Source: an uncultured Gemmatimonadales bacterium (GTDB lineage: Bacteria; Gemmatimonadota; Gemmatimonadetes; Gemmatimonadales; GWC2-71-9). Taken from it: DNA of 64,000 bases. Position numbers and translations under genes: made by a program. The notes beneath the pieces are model-generated. The model saw nothing but the letters and a program-made list of their open reading frames with translations. It searched no databases and was not told the origin of the DNA. The stretch is from positions 384,001-448,000 of the forward strand of contig CAWCFX010000006.1 of the NCBI GenBank assembly GCA_963795085.1. The letters run 5' to 3'. How positions within the stretch are numbered: position 1 is the stretch's first letter; every line of letters starts with the position of its first letter. Below, piece by piece: positions 1 to 8,941 of the stretch.

Positions 1-26
1 CCGCCCAGAGAGAGGTAGGCGGCGGT

Positions 27-563
27 CTAGCCGGACCGCGCAGTCTTGAGCAACGCACCCACCAGGCCGTCGTGGTCCAGCCGGCCCGGGTAGCGCTGGC
101 CATTCAAGAATACGGTGGGGGTGCCCTTGACCCCGCTCCGGATCCCGCCCAGCATGTCGGCCCGGACCCGGTCGCGGTGCGCACCGGCGGCCATCTCCCG
201 GTTGAATTGCTTCAGGTCCAGCCTGGCTTTCTTCGCCAGCCGGGAAAAATCCTCCGCCAACTCGCCTCCGGCCTGGTACAACTGGTCCACCATCTCCCAG
301 AACCGGCCCTGGCTGGCGGCGGCCTCCGCCGCTTCGGCGGCCCGTTGTGCGTGGGGGTGACCGGGCAGCGGGAAATGCCGGAAGACCACCCGCAGCGAGT
401 CGCCCAGTTCCCGCGCGATGTCGCTGATGACCGGGTGCGCGAGCGCGCAGTGGGGGCACTGGAAGTCGCCGTACTCCACCAGCGTAAGCGGGGCCTCAGG
501 CCGCCCCCTGGCGTGGTCCCGCGACGAGACCGGCACCACCAGCTCCGGCCCGGCCACCGTCAC
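27..563 (-). CDS. DsbA/thioredoxin-fold oxidoreductase (Thioredoxin_4-like)
   Basis: VEYGDFQCPHC CxxC motif, FRHFPL, GVKGTPT cis-Pro loop. GTG at 563 overlaps the upstream stop (GTGA), so it is preferred over 599. Confidence 0.88.
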   Translation of the reverse strand: MTVAGPELVVPVSSRDHARGRPEAPLTLVEYGDFQCPHCALAHPVISDIARELGDSLRVVFRHFPLPGHPHAQRAAEAAEAAASQGRFWEMVDQLYQAGGELAEDFSRLAKKARLDLKQFNREMAAGAHRDRVRADMLGGIRSGVKGTPTVFLNGQRYPGRLDHDGLVGALLKTARSG

Positions 564-1579
564 GAACCCCTCACCGGCAGTTCGGCGGCGATGACCCATG
601 GGGCGGCCCGGTCATGCAGGGCCTCGACCAGCCCGACCATGGGCAGTTTCTTCCGCGGCTTGACTGAATACTCCAAAACCGTCTGCGACCCGCCCTGGTC
701 CGGGCTGCGGCGCAGCTTGAAGCCCTTGGTGCATTCGCTCAGGACCCGCTCGATCGCGGGCTGCGCCTCCTCCGGGTCCGTCACATAGATCCGGATCCGC
801 TCGGCCCGCTTTTTCGCCCTGACCGGTTCCGGATCTCCTCCACCCAGTGCCAGCAGCGTGGTGTCTGCGGAGGGGTGCCCGGCCGACGCGTCCCCGCCCG
901 CCTCGACGGCGGCCTCCCCGGCTGCCGGCATCGGCATACAGAGCATGCCGAAGGTCCGCTCATGGTCGGCGGTCAAGTCCAGCTTCCAGAGCAGCAGTTC
1001 CAGGGCGCTGAAGAAGAGGGAGAGGAAACTTGCGATCGCGAGCTGGCCCACCCCGGCGGCGAACCCGATGCCGACGGCGGCAAAGATATAGACCGCGTCG
1101 CGGGAGTCTTTCAGATTGTTGCGGAACCGGACGGCGGCCACGATGCCGGCCAGGCTGAACGCCAGCGCCAGGCTGTTCTGCACCACGATGAGAATCGCGG
1201 TGATCACCACCGGCAGCATGATGACCGTCTGGACGAGCGATTGGTCGTACTTGAGGCTGTTGCGGGTCCGCACGTACACGAACGCCACCGGCAGCGCGAG
1301 GAGAAACGCGCCCACCACGGCGGCGGCGCCGGCGGCCAGCGGAGGCAGGGTGCGCAGGAGGGGGGCCAGCAGATGCCCCTGGAGGTCGCCGGGCGCCAGG
1401 TCCTGCGCGGCTTCCATGCCTTTCATGCCGCCGGTGAGCACGATCAGGCCGGCCACGATGACCAGTACGACCAGGTAGTAGAGCGACAGCCGGCCCAGCG
1501 TGGTCCGCCCGACCCGGCGGCCGCCCTCGTTCACTCCCAGCCGCCGGGCCAGGCGCTCGATGCGGGTTGAGTCCGCCAC
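560..1579 (-). CDS. DUF4956-like membrane protein
   Basis: Multiple TM segments; NSLALAFSLAGIVAAVRFRNNLKDSRDAVYIF motif typical of DUF4956. Confidence 0.8.
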   Translation of the reverse strand: MADSTRIERLARRLGVNEGGRRVGRTTLGRLSLYYLVVLVIVAGLIVLTGGMKGMEAAQDLAPGDLQGHLLAPLLRTLPPLAAGAAAVVGAFLLALPVAFVYVRTRNSLKYDQSLVQTVIMLPVVITAILIVVQNSLALAFSLAGIVAAVRFRNNLKDSRDAVYIFAAVGIGFAAGVGQLAIASFLSLFFSALELLLWKLDLTADHERTFGMLCMPMPAAGEAAVEAGGDASAGHPSADTTLLALGGGDPEPVRAKKRAERIRIYVTDPEEAQPAIERVLSECTKGFKLRRSPDQGGSQTVLEYSVKPRKKLPMVGLVEALHDRAAPWVIAAELPVRGS

Positions 1580-1610
1580 TGCTGCCTTCCCTGTGGGATA
1601 GGGTACAGCT

Positions 1611-1810
1611 TAGTGGGAAAGTGGGTCAGGGGGGAAGTGGGACAGTGGGTCAGTGGGTCAGTGGGATCAGTGGGTCAGTGGGTCAGTGGGTCAGTGGGTC
1701 AGTGGGTCAGTGGGTCAGTGGGACAGTGGGTCAGTGGGTCAGTGGGTCAGTGGGGCAAGGGGGCAAGGGGGCCAAGGGGGCAAGGGCGCCAAGGGGGCCA
1801 AGGGGGCAAG
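1611..1810. repeat. Tandem 8-mer (CAGTGGGT)n followed by 9-mer (GGGGCAAGG-like)n
   Basis: Directly visible intergenic tandem units; same 8-mer at 8861 and 14489. Confidence 0.95.
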
Positions 1811-1854
1811 AGTGGCAGCAGCACAGGGGGATACTGGGTCAGGCTGTCAGGGTG

Positions 1855-1935
1855 CTCCCGCCCTGTTCCTACCGCCCTGTTCCTACCGCCCTGTTTCTAC
1901 CGCCCTTCTTACCGCCCAGTTCTCCCGCCCTGTTC
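1855..1935. repeat. 13-14-mer tandem repeat (CTACCGCCCTGTT family)
   Basis: About 5-6 degenerate units immediately after the DUF5916 stop; family recurs at 29271, 29421, 34494, 35498, 39527. Confidence 0.9.
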
Positions 1936-1936
1936 T

Positions 1937-4264
1937 TTACATCCGGAACAGGTAGCTCGCCTTGACGAAGAAGTTGTCGCTGGTGCGGCGGAACTGGTAC
2001 CGGTTGGGGACCAGTTCGTCCTCCAGCCGCTGGCGCGTGCTGCCGTAGCCGGCGAAGAACACGGTGCCCGGATTGGGCCGGTAGCTGAACAGCACGTCGG
2101 CCCGGAACCGGCGCTGCTCCTCCACCTGGGTGGGCTGCCCGTTGATCAGGATGGGAAAGCCGGATCGGGTCGCGTCGCGCAGGGCGTCGGTCCACTGGTC
2201 GGCCCATTCGCCGATGAGGCGGACGAAGAAGGGCCGGGAGACCTGGTACTCCAGCTTGACCCGGGGGATCCGCTGCAGGTCCACCAGGCTTCCGTCGGTC
2301 CGGCGGTTGACCTGCTGGTGCTGGTAGCTGACGTCCAGCCGCAACTGGTCGGTGGGGCGGTAGGTCAGGCCGCCATTGATGATGAACAACTCGCCGGAGG
2401 CCCACTCGAAGAAGTTCTCGTCATATCCATAGAGCGAGAAGGCATTGGCCGAGAACTGCGCGAACTGGGGCGTGCTGAAGGAGGCGACCAGGTCGAAATT
2501 CGGAATATCCCGGGTCTGGGGTCCGGTCCAGGGGACAGACGTCCCGGCCGAGTCCAGCGCATAGCCCCGGTAGATGTCGCCATCGTAGCCGAAGGTTTCG
2601 ATCAGCGCCGCGGCGCTGGCGTTCCAGCCGCCGCGCAGGGTGGCCGCCGTGTTGAAATGCAGCTTGTTATCCAGTGACTCCTGCCCGTGGATGAAGTCCT
2701 GGTACTTCCAGGTGCCGTGCAGCTGCACGTCCTGGGTGACCCGCTCGAAGAAGGACCCGGGCCGCCGGTTCCAGGTCAGCGAGTGCACCACCACCGCGTT
2801 GACGATGTTGCGGCGCCCGATGAACCCGCTCTGGGCCGAGAACTGGTCGCCGATGGCGTTGATGGAGTAGCGCATGCCGAACTTCCGACCGTTCCTGGTA
2901 AAGCGTGCGAACCAGAGGGGGCCGTCGGTGGTCGTGCCGAGGAACCGGGTGCGGCTGCCGGCGACCTGGAACTGCGCCTGGTAGATCCCCCGGAAGACGA
3001 ACCGCCCGTCCAGGCCGAGGACCCGGTTGTAGTTGTCGCCGTCCACCTTGTCGGTATAGACGAGGCCGATCCGGGACCGGGCGCCCACGTCCCGCTGGAG
3101 TCGGAGGATGTTGTAGAGGGGGCGGTCGTCGCCGGTGAAGGAGACGTCCCGATCATCCGCCGCGGAGAGCAGGCCGACGTTGGCGCCGAACGCGGTGCCG
3201 GTCAGCTTCACCGCGCCGAGCGGCTGGACCACCCGCCGGGTATAGATGAGGGAATTGGGCGTATTGAACTGCTCGCTCCCGTCCAGGAAGAAAGGCCGCT
3301 TCTCCGAGAAGAAGAGCGCCTGGCGGGGGTCGAAGGTGACCTGCCCCGCGTCCGACTCGATCTGGGCGAAATCGGGATTAGCCGTGCCGTTCAGGGTCAG
3401 GTTGTTGGTGATGCCCCAGCGGACGTTGCCGCCGATCTCGGGATCCTGCCGGTCGTAGTTCCAGTCGCCGTTGGTCCCCGGGGCCCCGTCCACCCGGGCG
3501 GTCAGCTCAGGCTGGAGGTCGAGCACCAGGCCGCGCCGCAGGCCGGTGAGACCGACGAGGTGACCGGACTGGGAAAGGAAAGACGCGTTGTCCCGGCGGG
3601 CGGGCACCCAGGAGTCTTCGTAGCCGGAGTGCTGCACCCGGCGCACGATATTGATGCCCCAGGCCTGCTCGTTTGCGGCCTGGTAGCGAAGGCTCTTGAA
3701 GGGAATTCTGACCTCGACCTCGTATCCATACGGGGTGAGGCGGCCCTTGGACTGAAAGACGAAGTCGGGGTTGAGGTCGGTGGGATCCCGGGACACGCTG
3801 CCGCCGCCGAAAATACCGGTGGTCCCGGCTCGGCCCGTCTCGACCAGGGCCCCGTCAGCCTGCACCCCGAGCGGGTTGACCATGAACACGGTCGCCTGCC
3901 GGCCGTCGTTGAACGTACCGAGCAGCAGCTGGACATGGTCGTCCGCGAAGATGCGGTCCCGGTCCGCCAGGGTGGCGCGGACGGCGCCGTGCGCCTCAAA
4001 CGCGCGAATGCCGAAGTAGATCGCGCTGGGCGAGTACCAGACCAGGACCTCGGTCGAATCGGACGCAGGGGCGCCATCATTGGGAGCAAACTGGGAGAAG
4101 CCCGTCAGCATTCCGGCCCGGCTCCAGGCCAGCTCGTCCAGTGAGCCGTCGATGGTGACCTCGGCGTCGAACCGGGGAATCTGGACCTCGAGCCGGTTAT
4201 CCCGGCCATGGTACACGGAGATGGTATCCTGCAGGGCCAACTGGGCAACCAGGAGGAGCAGCAT
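1937..4264 (-). CDS. CBM9-like/DUF5916 outer-membrane protein
   Basis: N-terminal IDGSLDELAW CBM9-like motif, EVRIPFKSLRY, NPDFAQIESD, EKRPFFLDG, C-terminal beta-barrel ending FFVKASYLFRM. Confidence 0.85.
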   Translation of the reverse strand: MLLLLVAQLALQDTISVYHGRDNRLEVQIPRFDAEVTIDGSLDELAWSRAGMLTGFSQFAPNDGAPASDSTEVLVWYSPSAIYFGIRAFEAHGAVRATLADRDRIFADDHVQLLLGTFNDGRQATVFMVNPLGVQADGALVETGRAGTTGIFGGGSVSRDPTDLNPDFVFQSKGRLTPYGYEVEVRIPFKSLRYQAANEQAWGINIVRRVQHSGYEDSWVPARRDNASFLSQSGHLVGLTGLRRGLVLDLQPELTARVDGAPGTNGDWNYDRQDPEIGGNVRWGITNNLTLNGTANPDFAQIESDAGQVTFDPRQALFFSEKRPFFLDGSEQFNTPNSLIYTRRVVQPLGAVKLTGTAFGANVGLLSAADDRDVSFTGDDRPLYNILRLQRDVGARSRIGLVYTDKVDGDNYNRVLGLDGRFVFRGIYQAQFQVAGSRTRFLGTTTDGPLWFARFTRNGRKFGMRYSINAIGDQFSAQSGFIGRRNIVNAVVVHSLTWNRRPGSFFERVTQDVQLHGTWKYQDFIHGQESLDNKLHFNTAATLRGGWNASAAALIETFGYDGDIYRGYALDSAGTSVPWTGPQTRDIPNFDLVASFSTPQFAQFSANAFSLYGYDENFFEWASGELFIINGGLTYRPTDQLRLDVSYQHQQVNRRTDGSLVDLQRIPRVKLEYQVSRPFFVRLIGEWADQWTDALRDATRSGFPILINGQPTQVEEQRRFRADVLFSYRPNPGTVFFAGYGSTRQRLEDELVPNRYQFRRTSDNFFVKASYLFRM

Positions 4265-4322
4265 GGAAACACGGGGTCAGGGATATCGACTGGCCAGGGG
4301 CGCCGGCAGTCCTTGGACCGCT

Positions 4323-4349
4323 TACGAACGGGGGCCACACCCGGTTTCG
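4323..4349 (-). promoter_or_regulatory. Candidate ECF-sigma promoter (GAAAC-N17-CGTA)
   Basis: Minus strand reads CGAAAC-17 nt-CGTA about 60 nt upstream of the DUF5916 start. Confidence 0.35.
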
Positions 4350-4458
4350 GGCCGCCGGGATGCGTTTCCATTTCGGCATCCGGCACCCAAATCCTGAATC
4401 CCGGCGGCGGGGCCATGCCCGGGAGTGGCGGACGCGGTTGAGGGGACCGAGGCACCAG

Positions 4459-4560
4459 CCCTCAATCCCCTCAATTCCACAATTCCCTCAATTCCCTCAA
4501 TTCCCTCAATTCCCTCAATTCCCTCAATTCCCTCAATTCCCTCAATTCCCTCAATTCCTA
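4459..4560. repeat. Tandem 9-mer (AATTCCCTC)n
   Basis: About 10 units abutting the stop of 4562..5113; related units at 12460-12562. Confidence 0.95.
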
Positions 4561-4561
4561 A

Positions 4562-5113
4562 TTACCTCCCGATCAACAATCCCAGCTCCCCCACCTTCTT
4601 GTCCAGCAGTTCCACGCTCCGGAGCACCACGTCCAGGGATTCTTCCGGGAAGCCCGACTCCAGGGTGAACGTGAACTCGGCAAAGACATCGTACACGTCG
4701 TCCATGCCCCAGTGGAAGAAGTCGCCGGCATTATTGGCCAGCAGTTTCCGCATCAGGCCGGTGCTGTTGTTGGCGCGGTCCACGTTGATGTAGCGGTCGC
4801 CCGAGATATGGGGGAACACCCGGACGGTCAGCACGTCGTTCCGCCCGACCATCACGATGATCTCCATGCTCTCCGCCTCATTCAGCCCCTCGGTCATGGA
4901 CCCGGAGAAGTTCCATTGATTCGCCTGCGCCTGCTTGAAGTTGACGCCGATCCGCGGCCCGATCGTCCGCAGGGCGGAGCGCACCTTGTCGCGGGTGGCC
5001 TGCCGTTCGGGGCTGTTCTCGTTCTGGGCCCAGGCGACCGAGACCGATGCGGCCAGCGCCAGGGCGGCCAGGGTGCCAGCGGTCTTTCGGGCGAATCGCA
5101 GCGAACTTGCCAC
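4562..5113 (-). CDS. Secreted hypothetical protein (possible YbjN-like fold)
   Basis: Signal peptide ending AWA-Q; GC-biased codon usage; fold is a guess only. Confidence 0.7.
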   Translation of the reverse strand: MASSLRFARKTAGTLAALALAASVSVAWAQNENSPERQATRDKVRSALRTIGPRIGVNFKQAQANQWNFSGSMTEGLNEAESMEIIVMVGRNDVLTVRVFPHISGDRYINVDRANNSTGLMRKLLANNAGDFFHWGMDDVYDVFAEFTFTLESGFPEESLDVVLRSVELLDKKVGELGLLIGR

Positions 5114-5142
5114 AAAGCCTCCTCAGGAATGGGGTGATGACG

Positions 5143-6252
5143 CTACAACCGCTCCTTCTCCTCGACTTCCAGCATGTGCGCCTTGCGGCCGCCCCGGTGG
5201 AGCTCGCCCTGGTGGGCGGCGCCCGTCACCAGCAGGTGGGCCAGGTCCACGGCCCGGTGGACCAGCTCCCGGGCAGCTTCATGAAGTTCAGCGGATTCCC
5301 GCACCACCTGCACGTTTCGCTCCATGTCCTCGGCGCTCCAGCCCCGGGTATGGGCGATGTAGGGAAACTGGGGGAACTGGCACCCGATCTCTCCGAAAAA
5401 CCCCATCATCTGGCCGGCCACCGCCTGGACGTTGTCCTGGCCTCCCACGATGATGAAGCCCGCGACCTTGTTCCTGAGCAGGACCCGGTTGGCGATGGTC
5501 ACCTGGTTCTGCACGCAGTTCATCCGCTCGACCATCTTGTAGTAGAGCGAGCTGGCGTTGCCCCAACGGATCGGCGTGGATACCAGGATGACGTCCCCCC
5601 AGTGCACCACCGCTTCGTAGACCTGGTCCAGCTGGTCGGTGCTGTCCATCTGGGTGATGGAGCAGGGCCAGGTGCAGGCGTGGGCGCTCTTGGAGTAGTA
5701 CCCCTCGCAGTGGCGGAACCGCAGGTCGTTGAGCCGGATGAGTCGTGACTCGACGCCGAGAGAGGTCGCCGCATGGTCGAGGGCCGCTTTCAGCAGGTCG
5801 TCGGAGCCGGAGTAGCGCGGGTTGCCCGCGTCCATGGCGGTCGTCGAAAGGCCCACCACCCGGATGGGGCCCGGGGCCCGATCCACCTTGCGCGCCAGCG
5901 GGTGGGGTTCGTGGGGCCGGCGGCTCCGCCTGGTCTTCGGCTCGAGGTTGACCAGGAGGCGGCCGTTCTCCTGCCGCACCTCGTAGCTGGGCGCGGCATC
6001 GTCCTCGTAGCCCGGCTCGCCCAGGCCGGTCCGGCGGTGGTATTTCCAGTTGTGCCAGGGGCAGACGACATAGTCGCCGTCCATTCTCCCCTCGCCCAGG
6101 GGACCGCCGGCGTGGTTGCAGGTGCCGGAGATGGCTCCCAGTTCCCCGTTCACCCAGGTGATCGCCAGCCGCACCCGGTCGGCCTTGACCGCGGTGATGG
6201 CTTGCCCGGTGAACTGCTCGACCGGGCCGAGGTCGTGCCAGCGATCCGTCAT
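5143..6252 (-). CDS. Rieske [2Fe-2S] + flavodoxin/FMN-reductase fusion
   Basis: CNHAGGPL and VVCPWHNW Rieske ligands; C-terminal WrbA/Isf-like domain (STPIRWG, NKVAGFIIVGG, CEGYYSKSAHACTWPC). Confidence 0.88.
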   Translation of the reverse strand: MTDRWHDLGPVEQFTGQAITAVKADRVRLAITWVNGELGAISGTCNHAGGPLGEGRMDGDYVVCPWHNWKYHRRTGLGEPGYEDDAAPSYEVRQENGRLLVNLEPKTRRSRRPHEPHPLARKVDRAPGPIRVVGLSTTAMDAGNPRYSGSDDLLKAALDHAATSLGVESRLIRLNDLRFRHCEGYYSKSAHACTWPCSITQMDSTDQLDQVYEAVVHWGDVILVSTPIRWGNASSLYYKMVERMNCVQNQVTIANRVLLRNKVAGFIIVGGQDNVQAVAGQMMGFFGEIGCQFPQFPYIAHTRGWSAEDMERNVQVVRESAELHEAARELVHRAVDLAHLLVTGAAHQGELHRGGRKAHMLEVEEKERL

Positions 6253-7082
6253 GGGAGCGCCTCGCAGGCGGCGATGGACTGGCGAAGAAAGGTGTCCACC
6301 AGCACCTGCTGGCGGTCCGCATCAAGGGCCCGGGCGACCTGGCTCCCGGTCAGCACCGCGCCGACCCAGCCGTTGGTATGCCAGGCACCCTGCCCCAGGT
6401 GCGGCAATGGACCCTTCGGATGGGGATATGGCGAGACATAGTAGTAGGGTTCGGCGTAGCTGCCGTCGCCGGGAGAGAGCCCGGCGCCGACGGTCCGGCC
6501 CGGTGCCAGCGTGATCAGGGTGGCGATATCGAAATGGTGGGGCCAGCAGCGCACGGGGGAGGCGTCCCGCCGGGCGGCCGCGATCTCGGCCAGGGCCCGG
6601 GCGGCGCCGTGATAGTAGCGAGCCAGTTCCCGGCCCCGGGTCGCGTGGCCCTGGAAGGCCGCCCCCTCACCGACGGGGTGAGCGGGGATCTCGTAATGGG
6701 TCTGGCCGGCCAGCCGCCCGGGGTCCATGCCGAAATCCGGCATGCGTTCCCGGAGCCAGCGCAGCGCCTGGAGCAGGGTGCGTCCCTCCAGCCGGTACTC
6801 GTCCAGCACGTCCCCCGATTCGCCCAGCAGCATCAGGATCAGGGGGTCCAGCCGCAGGGCGCCTCGAAAGGACGGAGACCCGGGAATGGGGTGGCCGGCG
6901 AGCGCCTGCCCCGGCATCCACTCCAGGTTGGTGTGGCTGTCGTCGGGGGCGGCCGGCAGGTACGCGATCGAAAGGTGCACGACCAGCTGGGCGGCGTGAT
7001 GGGCCTCCAGCCGGGCGTCGGCCAGGCTGGCAGGGTCCAGGCTGCCCACGAGGGGCCATGGCACGGTGGCGTGCATCGGCAT
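6249..7082 (-). CDS. Hypothetical protein, DUF5996-like
   Basis: DDSHTNLEW, CWPHHFDIA, GLSPGDGSYAEPYYYVSPYP motifs; ATGA-coupled to the Rieske gene; start set at MPMHA. Confidence 0.65.
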   Translation of the reverse strand: MPMHATVPWPLVGSLDPASLADARLEAHHAAQLVVHLSIAYLPAAPDDSHTNLEWMPGQALAGHPIPGSPSFRGALRLDPLILMLLGESGDVLDEYRLEGRTLLQALRWLRERMPDFGMDPGRLAGQTHYEIPAHPVGEGAAFQGHATRGRELARYYHGAARALAEIAAARRDASPVRCWPHHFDIATLITLAPGRTVGAGLSPGDGSYAEPYYYVSPYPHPKGPLPHLGQGAWHTNGWVGAVLTGSQVARALDADRQQVLVDTFLRQSIAACEALP

Positions 7083-7224
7083 CGGCTGAGAAAGTGGCAG
7101 GGAGGATCGGCACAAGGTTACAGGAAAATCCCCGATTGCAACAGGGGCCGTACCCATGGGCCCAGTCCCCAAGTACATTCCATCCCATTGCCGGCTCCCG
7201 TCTTCCATAGTGGAGGTTGATCCC

Positions 7225-7755
7225 ATGTCCAGCCTGATGCCGATCAATCTGAAGGGCTTTATCAACGACCATCGCGACCTCCTGAAGCCCCCGGTGGGCA
7301 ACAAGATGGTCTGGCAGAACGCCGAGTTCATGGTGATGGTGGTCGGCGGCCCCAATCAGCGGAAAGACTTTCACATCGAGGACGGCGAGGAGTTCTTCTA
7401 CCAGGTCGAAGGCGATATCGTCCTCCGGATCATCGAGGACGGCAAGGTGCGGGAGATCCCGATCCGGGAAGGCGAGATGTTCCTGCTCCCCGCCGGCATC
7501 CCCCACTCGCCCCAGCGCCCCGCCAACACGGTCGGCCTGGTGATCGAGCGGCAGCGGGTGGAGGGAGAAAAGGACCACCTCCGCTGGTTCTGCGAGAACT
7601 GCGGCGAAGTCCTCCACGATGACGCCTTCCAGCTGGAAGACCTGGGCAAGCAGCTCAAGCCCATTATCGAAAACTTCTACCAGAGCGAGACCCTCCGCAC
7701 CTGCCGGAACTGCGGCCACGTGATGACCGTGCCGGCCCCGGCGGCGAAGAAGTGA
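7225..7755 (+). CDS. nbaC: 3-hydroxyanthranilate 3,4-dioxygenase
   Basis: LKPPVGNK, VGGPNQRKDFH, EEFFYQ, PHSPQRP, and CENC/CRNC rubredoxin-like site; GGAGG SD. Confidence 0.96.
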   Translation: MSSLMPINLKGFINDHRDLLKPPVGNKMVWQNAEFMVMVVGGPNQRKDFHIEDGEEFFYQVEGDIVLRIIEDGKVREIPIREGEMFLLPAGIPHSPQRPANTVGLVIERQRVEGEKDHLRWFCENCGEVLHDDAFQLEDLGKQLKPIIENFYQSETLRTCRNCGHVMTVPAPAAKK

Positions 7756-7763
7756 CGCCCGCC

Positions 7764-7836
7764 ATTTCAGATTGGAGATTTCAGATTTCAGATTGGACCA
7801 CCTTCAGTCTGAAATCTGAAATCTAGAATCTGAAAT
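7764..7836. repeat. Inverted heptamer tandem repeat (TTTCAGA)n...(TCTGAAA)n
   Basis: Two opposing tracts between nbaC and nbaD, able to fold back. Confidence 0.9.
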
Positions 7837-7840
7837 CCCC

Positions 7841-8857
7841 ATGCCCCTGAAGATCGACATCCACACCCACATTCTCCCCCACTCTCTCCCCGACCTGAGA
7901 GAGCGGTTCGGTTATGGGGGATTCATCCAGCTGGAGCACCACGAGCCCTGCCGGGCCCGGATGCTGATCGACGGCAAGTTCTTCCGCGAGATCGGCGACA
8001 ACTGCTGGAACCCGGCCGCCCGGATCGCCGAGTGCGACCAGGACGGCGTCTCGGTGCAGGCGCTGTCCACCGTGCCCGTCATGTTCAGCTACTGGGCCAA
8101 GCCGGAACACGCGCACGATCTCTCCCAGATTCTCAACGACGACATCGCCAGGACGGTCCAGGCGCACCCCCGCCGGTTCGTGGGCCTCGGCACCCTGCCG
8201 ATGCAGGCCCCCGACCTCGCGGTCCGGGAGCTGGAGCGCTGCGTGAAGCAACTGGGCTTTCCCGGGGTCCAGATCGGCAGCCACGTCAACCAGTGGAACC
8301 TCGACGACCCGGTGCTGTTCCCCGTCTTCGAGGCCGCCCAGGAACTGAACGCGGCGGTCTTCGTCCATCCCTGGGACATGATGGGCAAGGAGCGGATGCC
8401 GAAGTACTGGCTGCCCTGGCTGGTCGGCATGCCGGCCGAGACCACGCTGGCCATCTGCTCGGTGATCTTCGGCGGGGTGCTGGAGCGGCTGCCCCGCCTC
8501 AAGATCTGCTTCGCCCACGGCGGCGGGAACTTCGCCGGGACCATCGGCCGCATCGAACACGGTTTCCATTCCCGCCCCGACCTGGTCGCCACCGAGAACC
8601 CGGTCAACCCCCGGGCCTACCTGGGCCGCTTCTACGTGGACTCGCTGGTGCATGACAACGACGCCCTCCGCCAGCTGATCAAGCTCATGTCGCCGGAACG
8701 GATCGCCCTCGGCTCCGACTACCCCTTCCCCCTGGGCGAGCAACCCGCGGGCAAGCTGATCGAGTCCATGTACGACCTGGACGCCGGGGTGCGGGACCGG
8801 CTGCTCGCCGGGACGGCGCTGGAGTTCCTGGGGCTGGAGCGGGAGAGGTTTGAGTGA
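7841..8857 (+). CDS. nbaD: 2-amino-3-carboxymuconate-6-semialdehyde decarboxylase (ACMSD)
   Basis: IDIHTHILP, STVPVMFSYWAK, FVHPWDM, YWLPWLVGMPAET, GSDYPFPLGE. Confidence 0.95.
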   Translation: MPLKIDIHTHILPHSLPDLRERFGYGGFIQLEHHEPCRARMLIDGKFFREIGDNCWNPAARIAECDQDGVSVQALSTVPVMFSYWAKPEHAHDLSQILNDDIARTVQAHPRRFVGLGTLPMQAPDLAVRELERCVKQLGFPGVQIGSHVNQWNLDDPVLFPVFEAAQELNAAVFVHPWDMMGKERMPKYWLPWLVGMPAETTLAICSVIFGGVLERLPRLKICFAHGGGNFAGTIGRIEHGFHSRPDLVATENPVNPRAYLGRFYVDSLVHDNDALRQLIKLMSPERIALGSDYPFPLGEQPAGKLIESMYDLDAGVRDRLLAGTALEFLGLERERFE

Positions 8858-8860
8858 GAA

Positions 8861-8937
8861 CAGTGGGTCAGTGGGTCAGTGGGTCAGTGGGCCAGTGGGT
8901 CAGTGGGCCAGTGGGCCAGGGGGCCAGGGGGTCAGTG
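8861..8937. repeat. Tandem 8-mer (CAGTGGGY)n inside the operon
   Basis: About 9 units fill almost the whole nbaD-kynU spacer. Confidence 0.95.
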
Positions 8938-8941
8938 AGCC

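Noticed and set aside
1567..2677. ORFs with GQWVSGSV repeats (also 14097..14716, 4360..4793, 12081..12594)
   Set aside because: Stop-free translations of non-coding tandem repeats, or shadows of real genes.
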